Positions 37,857-52,062 of a stretch of 64,000 nucleotides of DNA are shown piece after piece. Where the stretch lies: the NCBI RefSeq assembly GCF_009914755.1, contig NC_060948.1; one strand, given 5' to 3'. A program made the position numbers and the translations under genes. Below the pieces are notes generated by a model that was not told the DNA's origin, did no database searches, and was given only the letters and a program-made list of their open reading frames with translations. How positions within the stretch are numbered: position 1 is the first letter of the stretch; every line of letters begins with the position of its first letter. Source of the stretch: the human T2T-CHM13v2.0 reference genome, Homo sapiens.

Positions 37857-40800
37857 TGGACTCGTTTGGAATGGTCTAGTATGCAATGCAATCGACTGGC
37901 AGGGAATCAAAAGGAATGTAATCGAATGGATTGGACTGGAATGCAATGGACTCGAATAGATTGGAAACGGAATGCAAAGGAATGGAATGGAATAGTATGG
38001 AATGGAATGGAAAGGAATGGAGTGGAATAGACTAGAGTGGAATGGAATGGACTCAAAAGCAATGGACTGGAATGGAACTTTCTTGAATGGACTGGAATCA
38101 AACGGAATGGAATGCAATGCAATCAAATGGCATGGAATAAAATAGAATGAAAGAGAATCAAATGGAATTGAATGGAATGGAATCGAATGGATTGGAAAGG
38201 AATAGAATGGAATGGAATGGAATTGACTCAAATGGAATGGAATAGAATGGAATGGATTCGAATGGAAGGCAAAGGAATGGAATCTATTGGAATGGACTGT
38301 AATGGAATGGAATGGAAGGGATTGGAATGGACTCGAATGGAATGGACTGCAATAGAAAGGATTCGAATGGAATGAAAAAGAATTGAATGGAATAGAACAG
38401 AATGGAATCAAATCGAATGAAATGGAATGGAATAGAAAGGAATGGAATGAAATGGAATGGAAAGGATTCGAATGGAATGCAATCGAATGGAATGGAATCG
38501 AACGGAATGGAATAAAATGGAAGAAAACTGGCAAGAAATGGAATCGAAATGAATGGAGTGTTATGGAACGGACTCAAAAGGAATTGAATGTAATAGAATG
38601 GAGTGGAGTGGACTCGAATATAATGGACTGGAATGGAATGAAATCACATGGAATGGGAACGAATGGAATGGAATGGAAAGGAATGGAATCGAATGGAAAG
38701 GAATGGAATGGAAGGGAATGAAACTGAATCAACAGGAATGGACTGGAGTAGAATAGACGGTAATGGAATGGACTCGAATAGAATGGACACGAATGCACAA
38801 ATTGAATGGACTCGAATGGAATGGAAACGAAAGGAATGTCATCGAATGGAATTGAATCGATTGGAATGAAATCGCATAGAATGGAGTGGAATCAAATGGA
38901 ATTGAATCGAAAGGAAAGGAAGCGAATGGACTGAAATGGAATGGAATTGAATGGAAAGTAATGCAATGGAATAGAATGGAATGAAATTTCACGGAATGGA
39001 ATCAAACTGAATGGAATGAAATCAATGGAATATAATCAAATGGAATGGAAAGGAATTGAATGGAGTAGATTGGATTGGATGGGATTGGAATGAAATGGAA
39101 TGGAAAGGACTCGAATTTCATGAAACGGAATGGAATGAATTGGAACGGAATGGACTCGAATGGAATGGAATGTCATGGAATTGCATCAAATGGAATGGCA
39201 TCAAAGGGAATGGAATCGAATGCAATGGAATGCTATGGAATGGAATGGAATGCATTGGAATGGAATGTCCTCTAATGGAATGGATTCGAGTGGAATGGAA
39301 TCGAATATAATGGAGTCGAATGAAATGGAATTGAAAGGAATGGGATCGAATACAATGGAATATACTGGAATGTAACGTAATGAACTCGAATGTAATTGAC
39401 TGGAATGGAATGTACACGAATGGAATGTAATCGAATGGAAAGTAATCCAATGGAATAGAATCTAATGCAAAAAAATCGACTCAAATAGAATAGAATGCAA
39501 TGGAATGGAGTGCAGTGCAATGGAATGGAATGGAATGGAATGCAATGGAATGGAATGGAATGGAATGGAATGCAATGGGATGGAATGGTATGGAATGGAT
39601 AGTAATGGACTGGAGTGAAATGGACTGGAAAGGAATGGACTCAAATTGAAAGGTCTCGAAAGGAATGGAGTCAAATGGAATGGTCTGGAATGGAATGAAC
39701 ACGAATGTAATGCAATCCAATAGAATGGAATCGAATGGCATGGAATATAAAGAAATGGAATCGAAGAGAATGGAAACAAATGGAATGGAATTGAATGGAA
39801 TGGAATTGAATGGAATGGGAACGAATGGAGTGAAATTGTATGCAGTAGAAGAGAATAGAATGGAATGCAAGCGAAAGGAAAGGAATGGATTGGAATGGAA
39901 TGGAATTCATTGGAATGGAAGGGAATGTAGTGTAATGGACAGGCCTGGAATAAAGTGGAATGCTACGGTCTCGAATGGAATAAAAATGTATGGAATGGAA
40001 TGCAATGAAACGGAATCGAATGTCATAGAATGTAATGGAATGCAAAAAAATGGAATCCAAAATCATTGACTGGAAAGGCTGGGTGTCGAAAGGAATTGAC
40101 TCCAATGGAATGGAATCGAATGGAATGGAAGTGAATAGAATCGAACTAAATCGAATGGAATGGAATTGATAGGAACGGAATGGAAAGGAATGCAATGATT
40201 TGGCATGGAATGGAATCGAATGGCATCGAATGGAATGGAATGGAATGCAATGGAATGGAATGTATTAGAATGTAATGAACTTGAATGGAATGTACTCGAA
40301 TGGATTCGACTGGAATGGAATGTTCTGGAAGTGAATGGACTCCAATGGAATGGATTCAAAAGGAATGGAATCGTACGGAATGGAATCTAATGGAATGGAA
40401 TTAAATGGAAATGAATCAAATTGAATAGCACGGAATTGAATTGAATGGAATGGAATGCAATGGAATCTAATGAAACGGAAATGAAAGGAATGGAATGGAA
40501 TGGAATGGGCTGGAATGGAAAGGAATCGAAACGAATGGAATGGAATCGAACTGAAGAGACTGGAATGGAATGCACTGGAATGGAAGGGAGTGTAATGGAA
40601 GGTTCTCGAAAAAAATGGAATCGAATGGAATGGAATTGAATGGAACGGAATAGAGTCGAATGGAATTGAATGGAATGGAATGGACTAGAGTGAAATGGAA
40701 TCGAACCACAAGGAATGGACAGGAATAGAATGGTCTCGAATTGAATGGAATCGTATGGAATGGCATCAAACGGAATGGAATGGACAGCCACGGAATGGAA

Positions 40801-41415
40801 TGCACTCGAATGCAATGGAGTCGAAACTAATGGACTGGAATAGAATGGACTCGACTGGTACGGACTCCAATGGAATGGAATCGAATGGAAGGGAATCGAA
40901 CGGAAGGGAATCGAACGGAATGGACTCGAAGGGAAAAGACTGCAATGGAAAGGTCTCGAATGGAATGGAAATTAATGGAATGGAATGGAATCGAATGAAA
41001 TGGAGTCAAAAGGAATGGAATCGAATGGCAAGAAATCGAATGTAATGGAATCGCAAGGAATTGATGTGAACGGAACGGAATGGAATGGAATCCAAAGGAA
41101 TGGAATAGAATGGAATGGAATCGAATGGAAAGGACTCGAATGGAAATCACTCGAATAGAATGCAATTTAATAAAATAGGATCAAATGTAATGGAATGGAA
41201 TGGAAAGGAATCGAAACGAAAGGAATGGAGACAGATGGAATGGAATGGAACAGAGAGCAATGGTATAGAATGGAATGGAATCATCTGGAATGGAATTGAA
41301 TGGAATGGAATAATATGAAATGGAATGGAATGGAATGGAATGCCCTTGAATTAAATGGACTGGAATGGAATGGACTCGAACAGAGTGGAATGGAAAGTGT
41401 TGAAATAGAATGGAA
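37857..41415 (+). repeat. DYZ1 unit 2 (3559 bp)
   Basis: Marker spacing 37872 to 41431. Confidence 0.9.
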
Positions 41416-41633
41416 TGGACTCGTTTGGAATGGTCTAGTATGCAATGCAATAGACTGGCAGGGAATCAAAAGGAATGTAATCGAATGGATTGGACTGGAA
41501 TGCAATGGACTCGAATAGATTGGAAACGGAAAGCAAAGGAATGGAATGGAATAGTATGGAATGGAATGCAAAGGAATGGAGTGGAATAGACTAGAGTGGA
41601 ATGGAATGGACTCGAAAGCAATGGACTGGAATG

Positions 41634-41646
41634 GAACTTTCTTGAA
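41634..41646. promoter_or_regulatory. Heat-shock element motif GAAnnTTCnnGAA, site a (recurs per DYZ1 unit, e.g. 35296, 38075)
   Basis: GAActTTCttGAA; motif match only, binding not shown. Confidence 0.55.
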
Positions 41647-43871
41647 TGGACTGGAATCAAACGGAATGGAATGCAATGCAATCAAATGGCATGGAATAAA
41701 ATAGAATGAAAGAGAATCAAATGGAATTGAATCGAATGGAATCGAATGGATTGGAAAGGAATAGAATGGAATGGAATGGAATTGACTCAAATGGAATGGA
41801 CTAGAATGGAATGGATTCGAATGGAAGGCAAAGGAATGGAATCTATTGGAATGGACTGTAATGGAATGGAATGGAAGGGATTGGAATGGACTCGAATGGA
41901 ATGGAGTGCAGTAGAAAGGATTCGAATGGAATGAAAAAGAATTGAATGGAATAGAACAGAATGGAATCAAATCGAATGAAATGGAATGGAATAGAAAGGA
42001 ATGGAATGAAATGGAATGGAAAGGATTCGAATGGAATGCAATCGAATGGAATGAAATCGAATGGAATGGAATCGAACGGAATGGAATAAAATGGAAGAAA
42101 ACTGGCAAGAAATGGAATCGAAATGAATGGAGTGTTATGGAACGGACTCAAAAGGAATTGAATGTAATGGAATGGAGTGGAGTGGACTCGAATATAATGG
42201 ACTAGAATGGAATGAAATCACATGGAATGGGAACGAATGGAATGGAATGGAAAGGAATGGAATCGAATGGAAAGGAATCGAATGGAAGGGAATGAAATTG
42301 AATCAACAGGAACGGAAGGGAGTAGAATAGACGGTAATGGAATGGACTCGAATAGAATGGACACGAATGCTCAAATTGAATGGACTCGAATGGAATGGCA
42401 ACGAAAGGAATGTCATCGAATGGAATTGAATCGATTGGAATGAAATCACATAGAATGGAGTGGAATCAAATGGAATTGAATCGAAAGGAAAGGAAGCGAA
42501 TGGACTGAAATGAAATGGAATGGAATTGAATGGAAATTAATGCAATGGAATAGAATGGAACGAAATTTCACGGAATGGAATCAAACTGAATGGAATCAAA
42601 TCAATGGAATATAATCAAATGGAATGGAAAGGAATTGAATGGAGTAGATTGAATTGGATGGGATTGGAATGAAATGTACTGGAAAGGACTCGAATTTCAT
42701 GAAACGGAATGGAATGAATTAGAACGGAATGGACTCGAATGGAATGGAATGTCATGGAATGGCATCAAATGGAATGGAATCGAATGCGATGGAATGCTAT
42801 GGAATGGAATGGAATGCATTGGAGTGGAATGTCCTCTAATGGAATGTATTCGAGTGGAATGGAATCGAATATAATGGAGTCGAATGAAATGGAATTGAAA
42901 GGAATGGGACCGAATACAATGGAATATACTGGAATGTAATGTAATGAACTCGAATGTAATTGACTGGAATGGAATGTACATGAATGGAATGTAATCGAAT
43001 GGAAAGCAATCCAATGGAATAGAATCTAATGCAATAAAATCGACTCAAATAGAGTAGAATGTAATGGAATGGAGTGCAGTGCAATGGAATGGAATGGAAT
43101 GGAATGCAATGGAATGGAATGGAATGGAATGGGATGGAATGGTATGGAATGGATAGTAATGGACTGGAGTGAAATGGACTGGAAAAGAATGGACTCAAAT
43201 TGAAAGGGCTCGAAAGGAATGGAGTCAAATGGAATGGTCTGGAATGGAATGAACACGAATGTAATGCAATCCAATAGAATGGAATCGAATGGCATGGAAT
43301 ATAAAGAAATGGAATCGAAGAGAATGGAAACAAATGGAATGGAATTGAATGGAATGGAATTGAATGGAATGGGAACGAATGGAGTGAAATTGTATGCAGT
43401 AGAAGAGAATAGAATGGAATGCAAGCGAAAGGAAAGGAATGGATTGGAATGGAATGGAATTCATTGGAATGGAAGGGAATGTAGTGTAATGGACAGGCCT
43501 GGAATAAAGTGGAATGCTACGGTCTCGAATGGAATAAAAATGTATGGAACGGAATGCAATGAAACGGAATCGAATGTCATAGAATGTAATGGAATGCAAA
43601 AAAATGGAATCCAAAATCATTGACTGGAAAGGCTGGGTGTCGAAAGGAATTGACTCCAATGGAATGGAATCGAATGGAATGGAAGTGAATAGAATGGAAC
43701 TAAATCGAATGGAATGGAATTGATAGGAACGGAATGGAAAGGAATGCAATGATTTGGCATGGAATGGAATCGAATGGCATCGAATGGAATGGAATGGAAT
43801 GCAATGGAATGGAATGTATTAGAATGTAATGAACTTTAATGGAATGTACTCGAATGGATTCGACTGGAATG

Positions 43872-43884
43872 GAATGTTCTCGAA
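43872..43884. promoter_or_regulatory. Heat-shock element motif, site b (recurs per DYZ1 unit, e.g. 36774)
   Basis: GAAtgTTCtcGAA; motif match only. Confidence 0.55.
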
Positions 43885-44141
43885 GTGAATGGACTCCAAT
43901 GGAATGGATTCGAAAGGAATGGAATCTAATGGAATGGAATTAAATGGAAATGAATCAAATTGAATAGAACGGAATTGAATTGAATGGAATCGAATGCAAT
44001 GGAATCTAATGAAACGGAAAGGAAAGGAATGGAATGGATTGGAATGGAATGGGCTGGAATGGAATGGAATCGAAACGAATGGAATGGAATCGAACTGAAG
44101 AGACTGGAATGGAATGCACTGGAATGGAAGGGAATGTAATG

Positions 44142-44154
44142 GAAGGTTCTCGAA
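44142..44154. promoter_or_regulatory. Heat-shock element motif, site c (recurs per DYZ1 unit, e.g. 37054)
   Basis: GAAggTTCtcGAA; motif match only. Confidence 0.55.
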
Positions 44155-44944
44155 AAAAATGGAATCGAAAGGAATGGAACTGAATGGAACGGAATAGAGT
44201 CGAATGGAATTGAATGGAATGGAATGGACTAGAGTGAAATGGAATCGAACCACAAGGAATGGACAGGAATAGAATGGTCTCGAATTGAATGGAATCGTAT
44301 GGAATGGCATCAAACGGAATGGAATGGACGGCCACGGAATGGAATGCACTCGAATGCAATGGAGTCGAAACTAATGGACTGGAATAGAATGGACTCGACT
44401 GGTACGGACTCCAATGGAATGGAATCGAATGGAAGGGAATCGAACGGAATGGACTCGAAGGGAAAAGACTGCAATGGAAAGGTCTCGAATGGAATGGAAA
44501 TTAATGGAATGGAATGGAATCGAATGAAATGGAGTCAAAAGGAATGGAATCGAATGGCAAGAAATCGAATGTAATGGAATCGCAAGGAATTGATGTGAAC
44601 GGAACGGAATGGAATGGAATCCAAAGGAATGGAATAGAATGGAATGGAATCGAATGGAAAGGACTCGAATGGAAATCACTCGAATAGAATGCAATTTAAT
44701 AAAATAGGATCAAATGTAATGGAATGGAATGGAAAGGAATAGAAACGAAAGGAATGGAGACAGATGGAATGGAATGGAACAGAGAGCAATGGTATAGAAT
44801 GGAATGGAATCATCTGGAATGGAATTGAATGGAATGGAATAATATGAAATGGAATGGAATGGAATGGAATGCCCTTGAATTAAATGGACTGGAATGGAAT
44901 GGACTCGAACAGAGTGGAATGGAAAGTGTTGAAATAGAATGGAA

Positions 44945-47900
44945 TGGACTCGTTTGGAATGGTCTAGTATGCAATGCAATAGACTGGCAGGGAATCAAAA
45001 GGAATGTAATCGAATGGATTGGACTGGAATGCAATGGACTCGAATAGATTGGAAACGGAAAGCAAAGGAATGGAATGGAATAGTATGGAATGGAATGCAA
45101 AGGAATGGAGTGGAATAGACTAGAGTGGAATGGAATGGACTGGAAAGCAATGGACTGGAATGGAACTTTCTTGAATGGACTGGAATCAAACGGAATGGAA
45201 TGCAATGCAATCAAATGGCATGGAATAAAATAGAATGAAAGAGAATCAAATGGAATTGAATCGAATGGAATCGAATGGATTGGAAAGGAATAGAATGGAA
45301 TGGAATGGAATTGACTCAAATGGAATGGAGTAGAATGGAATGGATTCGAATGGAAGGCAAAGGAATGGAATCTATTGGAATGGACTGTAATGGAATGGAA
45401 TGGAAGGGATTGGAATGGACTCGAATGGAATGGACTGCAGTAGAAAGGATTCGAATGGAATGAAAAAGAATTGAATGGAATAGAACAGAATGGAATCAAA
45501 TCGAATGAAATGGAATGGAATAGAAAGGAATGGAATGAAATGGAACGGAAAGGATTCGAATGGAAAGCAATCGAATGGAATGCAATCGAATGGAATGGAA
45601 TCGAACGGAATGGAATAAAATGGAAGAAAACTGGCAAGAAATGGAATCGAAATGAATGGAGTGTTATGGAACGGACTCAAAAGGAATTGAATGTAATGGA
45701 ATGGAGTGGAGTGGACTCGAATATAATGGACTAGAATGGAATGAAATCACATGGAATGGGAACGAATGGAATGGAATGGAAAGGAATGGAATCGAATGGA
45801 AAGGAATCGAATGGAAGGGAATGAAATTGAATCAACAGGAATGGAAGGGAGTAGAATAGACGGTAATGGAATGGACTCGAATAGAATGGACACGAATGCT
45901 CAAATTGAATGGACTCGAATGGAATGGCAACGAAAGGAATGTCATCGAATGGAATTGAATCGATTGGAATGAAATCACATAGAATGGAGTGGAATCAAAT
46001 GGAATTGAATCGAAAGGAAAGGAAGCGAATGGACTGAAATGAAATGGAATGGAATTGAATGGAAATTAATGCAATGGAATAGAATGGAACGAAATTTCAC
46101 GGAATGGAATCAAACTGAATGGAATCAAATCAATGGAATATAATCAAATGGAATGGAAAGGAATTGAATGGAGTAGATTGAATTGGATGGGATTGGAATG
46201 AAATGTACTGGAAAGGACTCGAATTTCATGAAACGGAATGGAATGAATTAGAACGGAATGGACTCGAATGGAATGGAATGTCATGGAATGGCATCAAATG
46301 GAATGGAATCGAATGCGATGGAATGCTATGGAATGGAATGGAATGCATTGGAGTGGAATGTCCTCTAATGGAATGTATTCGAGTGGAATGGAATCGAATA
46401 TAATGGAGTCGAATGAAATGGAATTGAAAGGAATGGGACCGAATACAATGGAATATACTGGAATGTAATGTAATGAACTCGAATGTAATTGACTGGAATG
46501 GAATGTACATGAATGGAATGTAATCGAATGGAAAGCAATCCAATGGAATAGAATCTAATGCAATAAAATCGACTCAAATAGAGTAGAATGTAATGGAATG
46601 GAGTGCAGTGCAATGGAATGGAATGGAATGGAATGCAATGGAATGGAATGGAATGGAATGGGATGGAATGGTATGGAATGGATAGTAATGGACTGGAGTG
46701 AAATGGACTGGAAAAGAATGGACTCAAATTGAAAGGGCTCGAAAGGAATGGAGTCAAATGGAATGGTCTGGAATGGAATGAACACGAATGTAATGCAATC
46801 CAATAGAATGGAATCGAATGGCATGGAATATAAAGAAATGGAATCGAAGAGAATGGAAACAAATGGAATGGAATTGAATGGAATGGAATTGAATGGAATG
46901 GGAACGAATGGAGTGAAATTGTATGCAGTAGAAGAGAATAGAATGGAATGCAAGCGAAAGGAAAGGAATGGATTGGAATGGAATGGAATTCATTGGAATG
47001 GTAGGGAATGTAGTGTAATGGACAGGCCTGGAATAAAGTGGAATGCTACGGTCTCGAATGGAATAAAAATGTATGGAACGGAATGCAATGAAACGGAATC
47101 GAATGTCATAGAATGTAATGGAATGCAAAAAAATGGACTCCAAAATCATTGACTGGAAAGGCTGGGTGTCGAAAGGAATTGACTCCAATGGAATGGAATC
47201 GAATGGAATGGAAGTGAATAGAATCGAACTAAATCGAATGGAATGGAATTGATAGGAACGGAATGGAAAGGAATGCAATGATTTGGCATGGAATGGAATC
47301 GAATGGCATCGAATGGAATGGAATGGAATGCAATGGAATGGAATGTATTAGAATGTAATGAACTTTAATGGAATGTACTCGAATGGATTCGACTGGAATG
47401 GAATGTTCTCGAAGTGAATGGACTCCAATGGAATGGATTCGAAAGGAATGGAATCTAGTGGAATGGAATTAAATGCAAATGAATCAAATTGAATAGAACG
47501 GAATTGAATTGAATGGAATCGAATGCAATGGAATCTAATGAAACGGAAAGGAAAGGAATGGAATGGATTGGAATGGAATGGGCTGGAATGGAATGGAAGC
47601 GAAACGAATGGAATGGAATCGAACTGAAGAGACTGGAATGGAATGCACTGGAATGGAAGGGAATGTAATGGAAGGTTCTCGAAAAAAATGGAATCGAAAG
47701 GAATGGAATTGAATGGAACGGAATAGAGTCGAATGGAATTGAATGGAATGGAATGGACTAGAGTGAAATGGAATCGAACCACAAGGAATGGACAGGAATA
47801 GAATGGTCTCGAATTGAATGGAATCGTATGGAATGGCATCAAACGGAATGGAATGGACAGCCACGGAATGGAATGGACACCCACGGAATGGAATGCACTC

Positions 47901-48498
47901 GAATGCAATGGAGTCGACACTAATGGACTGGAATAGAATGGACTCGACTGGTACGGACTCCAATGGAATGGAATCGAATGGAAGGGAATCGAAAGGAATG
48001 GACTCGAAGGGAAAAGACTGCAATGGAAAGGTCTCCAATGGAATGGAAATTAATGGAATGGGATGGAATCGAATGAAATGGAGTCAAAAGGAATGGAATC
48101 GAATGGCAAGAAATCGAATGTAATGGAATCGCAAGGAATTGATGTGAACGGAACGGAATGGAATGGAATCCAAAGGAATGGAATAGAATGGAATGGAATC
48201 GAATGGAAAGGACTCGAATGGAAATCACTCGAATAGAATGCAATTTAATAAAATAGGATCAAATGTAATGGAATGGAATGGAAAGGAATAGAAACGAAAG
48301 GAATGGAGACAGATGGAATGGAATGGAACAGAGAGCAATGGTATAGAATGGAATGGAATCATCTGGAATGGAATTGAATGGAATGGAATAATATGAAATG
48401 GAATGGAATTTAATGGAATGGAATGCCCTTGTATTAAATGGACTGGAATGGAATGGACTCGAACAGAGTGGAATGGAAAGTGTTGAAATAGAATGGAA
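44945..48498 (+). repeat. DYZ1 unit 4 (3554 bp)
   Basis: Marker spacing 44960 to 48514. Confidence 0.9.
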
Positions 48499-51400
48499 TG
48501 GACTCGTTTGGAATGGTCTAGTATGCAATGCAATCGACTGGCAGGGAATCAAAAGGAATGTAATCGAATGGATTGGACTGGAATGCAATGGACTCGAATA
48601 GATTGGAAACGGAAAGCAAAGGAATGGAATGGAATAGTATGGAATGGAATGGAAAGGAATGGAGAGGAATAGACTAGAGTGGAATGGAATGGACTCGAAA
48701 GCAATGGACTGGAATGGAACTTTCTTGAATGGACTGGAATCAAAGGGAATGGAATGCAATGCAATCAAATGGCATGGAATAAAATAGAATGAAAGAGAAT
48801 CAAATGGAATTGAATCGAATGGAATCGAATGGATTGGAAAGGAATAGAATGGAATGGAATGGAATTGACTCAAATGGAATGGACTAGAATGGAATGGATT
48901 CGAATGGAAGGCAAAGGAATGGAATCTATTGGAATGGACTGTAATGGAATGGAATGGAAGGGATTGGAATGGACTCGAATGGAATGGACTGCAATAGAAA
49001 GGATTCGAATGGAATGAAAAAGAATTGAATGGAATAGAACAGAATGGAATCAAATCGAATGAAATGGAATGGAATAGAAAGGAATGGAATGAAATGGAAT
49101 GGAAAGGATTCGAATGGAATGCAATCGAATGGAATGAAATCGAATGGAATGGAATCGAACGGAATGGAATAAAATGGAAGAAAACTGGCAAGAAATGGAG
49201 TCGAAATGAATGGAGTGTTATGGAACGGACTCAAAAGGAATTGAATGTAATAGAATGGAGTGGAGTGGACTCGAATATAATGGACTGGAATGGAATGAAA
49301 TCACATGGAATGAGAACGAATGGAATGGAATGGAAAGGAATGGAATCGAATGGAAAGGAATCGAATGGAAGGGAATGAAATTGAATCAACAGGAATGGAA
49401 GGGAGTAGAATAGACGGTAATGGAATGGACTCGAATAGAATGGACACGAATGCTCAAATTGAATGGACTCGAATGGAATGGAAACGAAAGGAATGTCATC
49501 GAATGGAATTGAATCGATTGGAATGAAATCACATAGAATGGAGTGGAATCAAATGGAATTGAATCGAAAGGAAAGGAAGCGAATGGACTGAAATGAAATG
49601 GAATGGAATTGAATGGAAAGTAATGCAATGGAATAGAATGGAACGAAATTTCACGGAATGGAATCAAACTGAATGGAATCAAATCAATGGAATATAATCA
49701 AATGGAATGGAAAGGAATTGAATGGAGTAGATTGGATTGGATGGGATTGGAATGAAATGTACTGGAAAGGACTCGAATTTCATGAAACGGAATGGAATGA
49801 ATTAGAACGGAATGGACTCGAATGGAATGGAATGTCATGGAATGGCATCAAATGGAATGGAATCGAATGCCATGGAATGCTATGGAATGGAATGGAATGC
49901 ATTGGAATGGAATGTCCTCTAATGGAATGTATTCGAGTGGAATGGAATCGAATATAATGGAGTCTAATGAAAGGGAATTGAAAGGAATGGGACCGAATAC
50001 AATGGAATATACTGGAATGTAATGTAATGAACTCGAATGTAATTGACTGGAATGGAATGTACATGAATGGAATGTAATCGAATGGAAAGCAATCCAATGG
50101 AATAGAATCTAATGCAATAAAATGGACTCAAATAGAGTAGAATGTAATGGAATGGAGTGCAGGGCAATGGAATGGAATGGAATGGAATGCAATGGAATGG
50201 AATGGAATGGAATGGAATGGAATGGGATGGAATGGTATGGAATGGATAGTAATGGACTGGAGTGAAATGGACTGGAAAAGAAGGGACTCAAATTGAAAGG
50301 GCTCGAAAGGAATGGAGTCAAATGGAATGGTCTGGAATGGAATGAACATGAATGTAATGCAATCCAATAGAATGGAATCGAATGGCATGGAATATAAAGA
50401 AATGGAATCGAAGAGAATGGAAACAAATGGAATGGAATTGAATGGAATGGAATTGAATGGAATGGGAACGAATGGAGTGAAATTGTATGCAGTAGAAGAG
50501 AATAGAATGGAATGCAAGCGAAAGGAAAGGAATGGATTGGAATGGAATGGAATTCATTGGAATGGAAGGGAATGTAGTGTAATGGACAGGCCTGGAATAA
50601 AGTGGAATGCTACGGTCTCGAATGGAATAAAAATGTATGGAATGGAATGCAATGAAACGGAATCGAATGTCATAGAATGTAATGGAATGCAAAAAAATGG
50701 AATCCAAAATCATTGACTGGAAAGGCTGGGTGTCGAAAGGAATTGACTCCAATGGAATGGAATCGAATGGAATGGAAGTGAATAGAATCGAACTAAATCG
50801 AATGGAATGGAATTGATAGGAACGGAATGGAAAGGAATGCAATGATTTGGCATGGAATGGAATCGAATGGCATCGAATGGAATGGAATGGAATGCAATGG
50901 AATGGAATGTATTAGAATGTAATGAACTTTAATGGAATGTACTCTAATGGATTCGACTGGAATGGAATGTTCTCGAAGTGAATGGACTCCAATGGAATGG
51001 ATTCGAAAGGAATGGAATCTAATGGAATGGAATTAAATGGAAATGAATCAAATTGAATAGAACGGAATTGAATTGAATGGAATCGAATGCAATGGAATCT
51101 AATGAAACGGAAAGGAAAGGAATGGAATGGATTGGAATGGAATGGGCTGGAATGGAATGGAATCGAAACGAATGGAATGGAATCGAACTGAAGAGACTGG
51201 AATGGAATGCACTGGAATGGAAGGGAATGTAATGGAAGGTTCTCGAAAAAAATGGAATCGAAAGGAATGGAATTGAATGGAACGGAATAGAGTCGAATGG
51301 AATTGAATGGAATGGAATGGACTAGAGTGAAATGGAATCGAACCACAAGGAATGGACAGGAATACAATGGTCTCGAATTGAATGGAATCGTATGGAATGG

Positions 51401-52062
51401 CATCAAACGGAATGGAATGGACAGCCACGGAATGGAATGGACACCCACGGAATGGAATGCACTCGAATGCAATGGAGTCGACAATAATGGACTGGAATAG
51501 AATGGACTCGACTGGTACGGACTCCAATGGAATGGAATCGAATGGAAGGGAATCGAACGGAATGGACTCGAAGGGAAAAGACTGCAATGGAAAGGTCTCC
51601 AATGGAATGGAAATTAATGGAATGGAATGGAATCGAACGAAATGGAGTCAAAAGGAATGGAATCGAATGGCAAGAAATCGAATGTAATGGAATCGCAAGG
51701 AATTGATGTGAACGGAACGGAATGGAATGGAATCCAAAGGAATGGAATAGAATGGAATGGAATCGAATGGAAAGGACTCGAATGGAAATCACTCGAATAG
51801 AATGCAATTTAATAAAATAGGATCAAATGTAATGGAATGGAATGGAAAGGAATCGAAACGAAAGGAAAGGAGACAGATGGAATGGAATGGAACAGAGAGC
51901 AATGGTATAGAATGGAATGGAATCATCTGGAATGGAAGTGAATGGAATGGAATAATATGAAATGGAATGGAATTTAATGGAATGGAATGCCCTTGTATTA
52001 AATGGACTGGAATGGAATGGACTCGAACAGAGTGGAATGGAAAGTGTTGAAATAGAATGGAA
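48499..52062 (+). repeat. DYZ1 unit 5 (3564 bp)
   Basis: Marker spacing 48514 to 52078. Confidence 0.9.

Larger units (their letters stand above)
41416..44944 (+). repeat. DYZ1 unit 3 (3529 bp)
   Basis: Marker spacing 41431 to 44960. Confidence 0.9.
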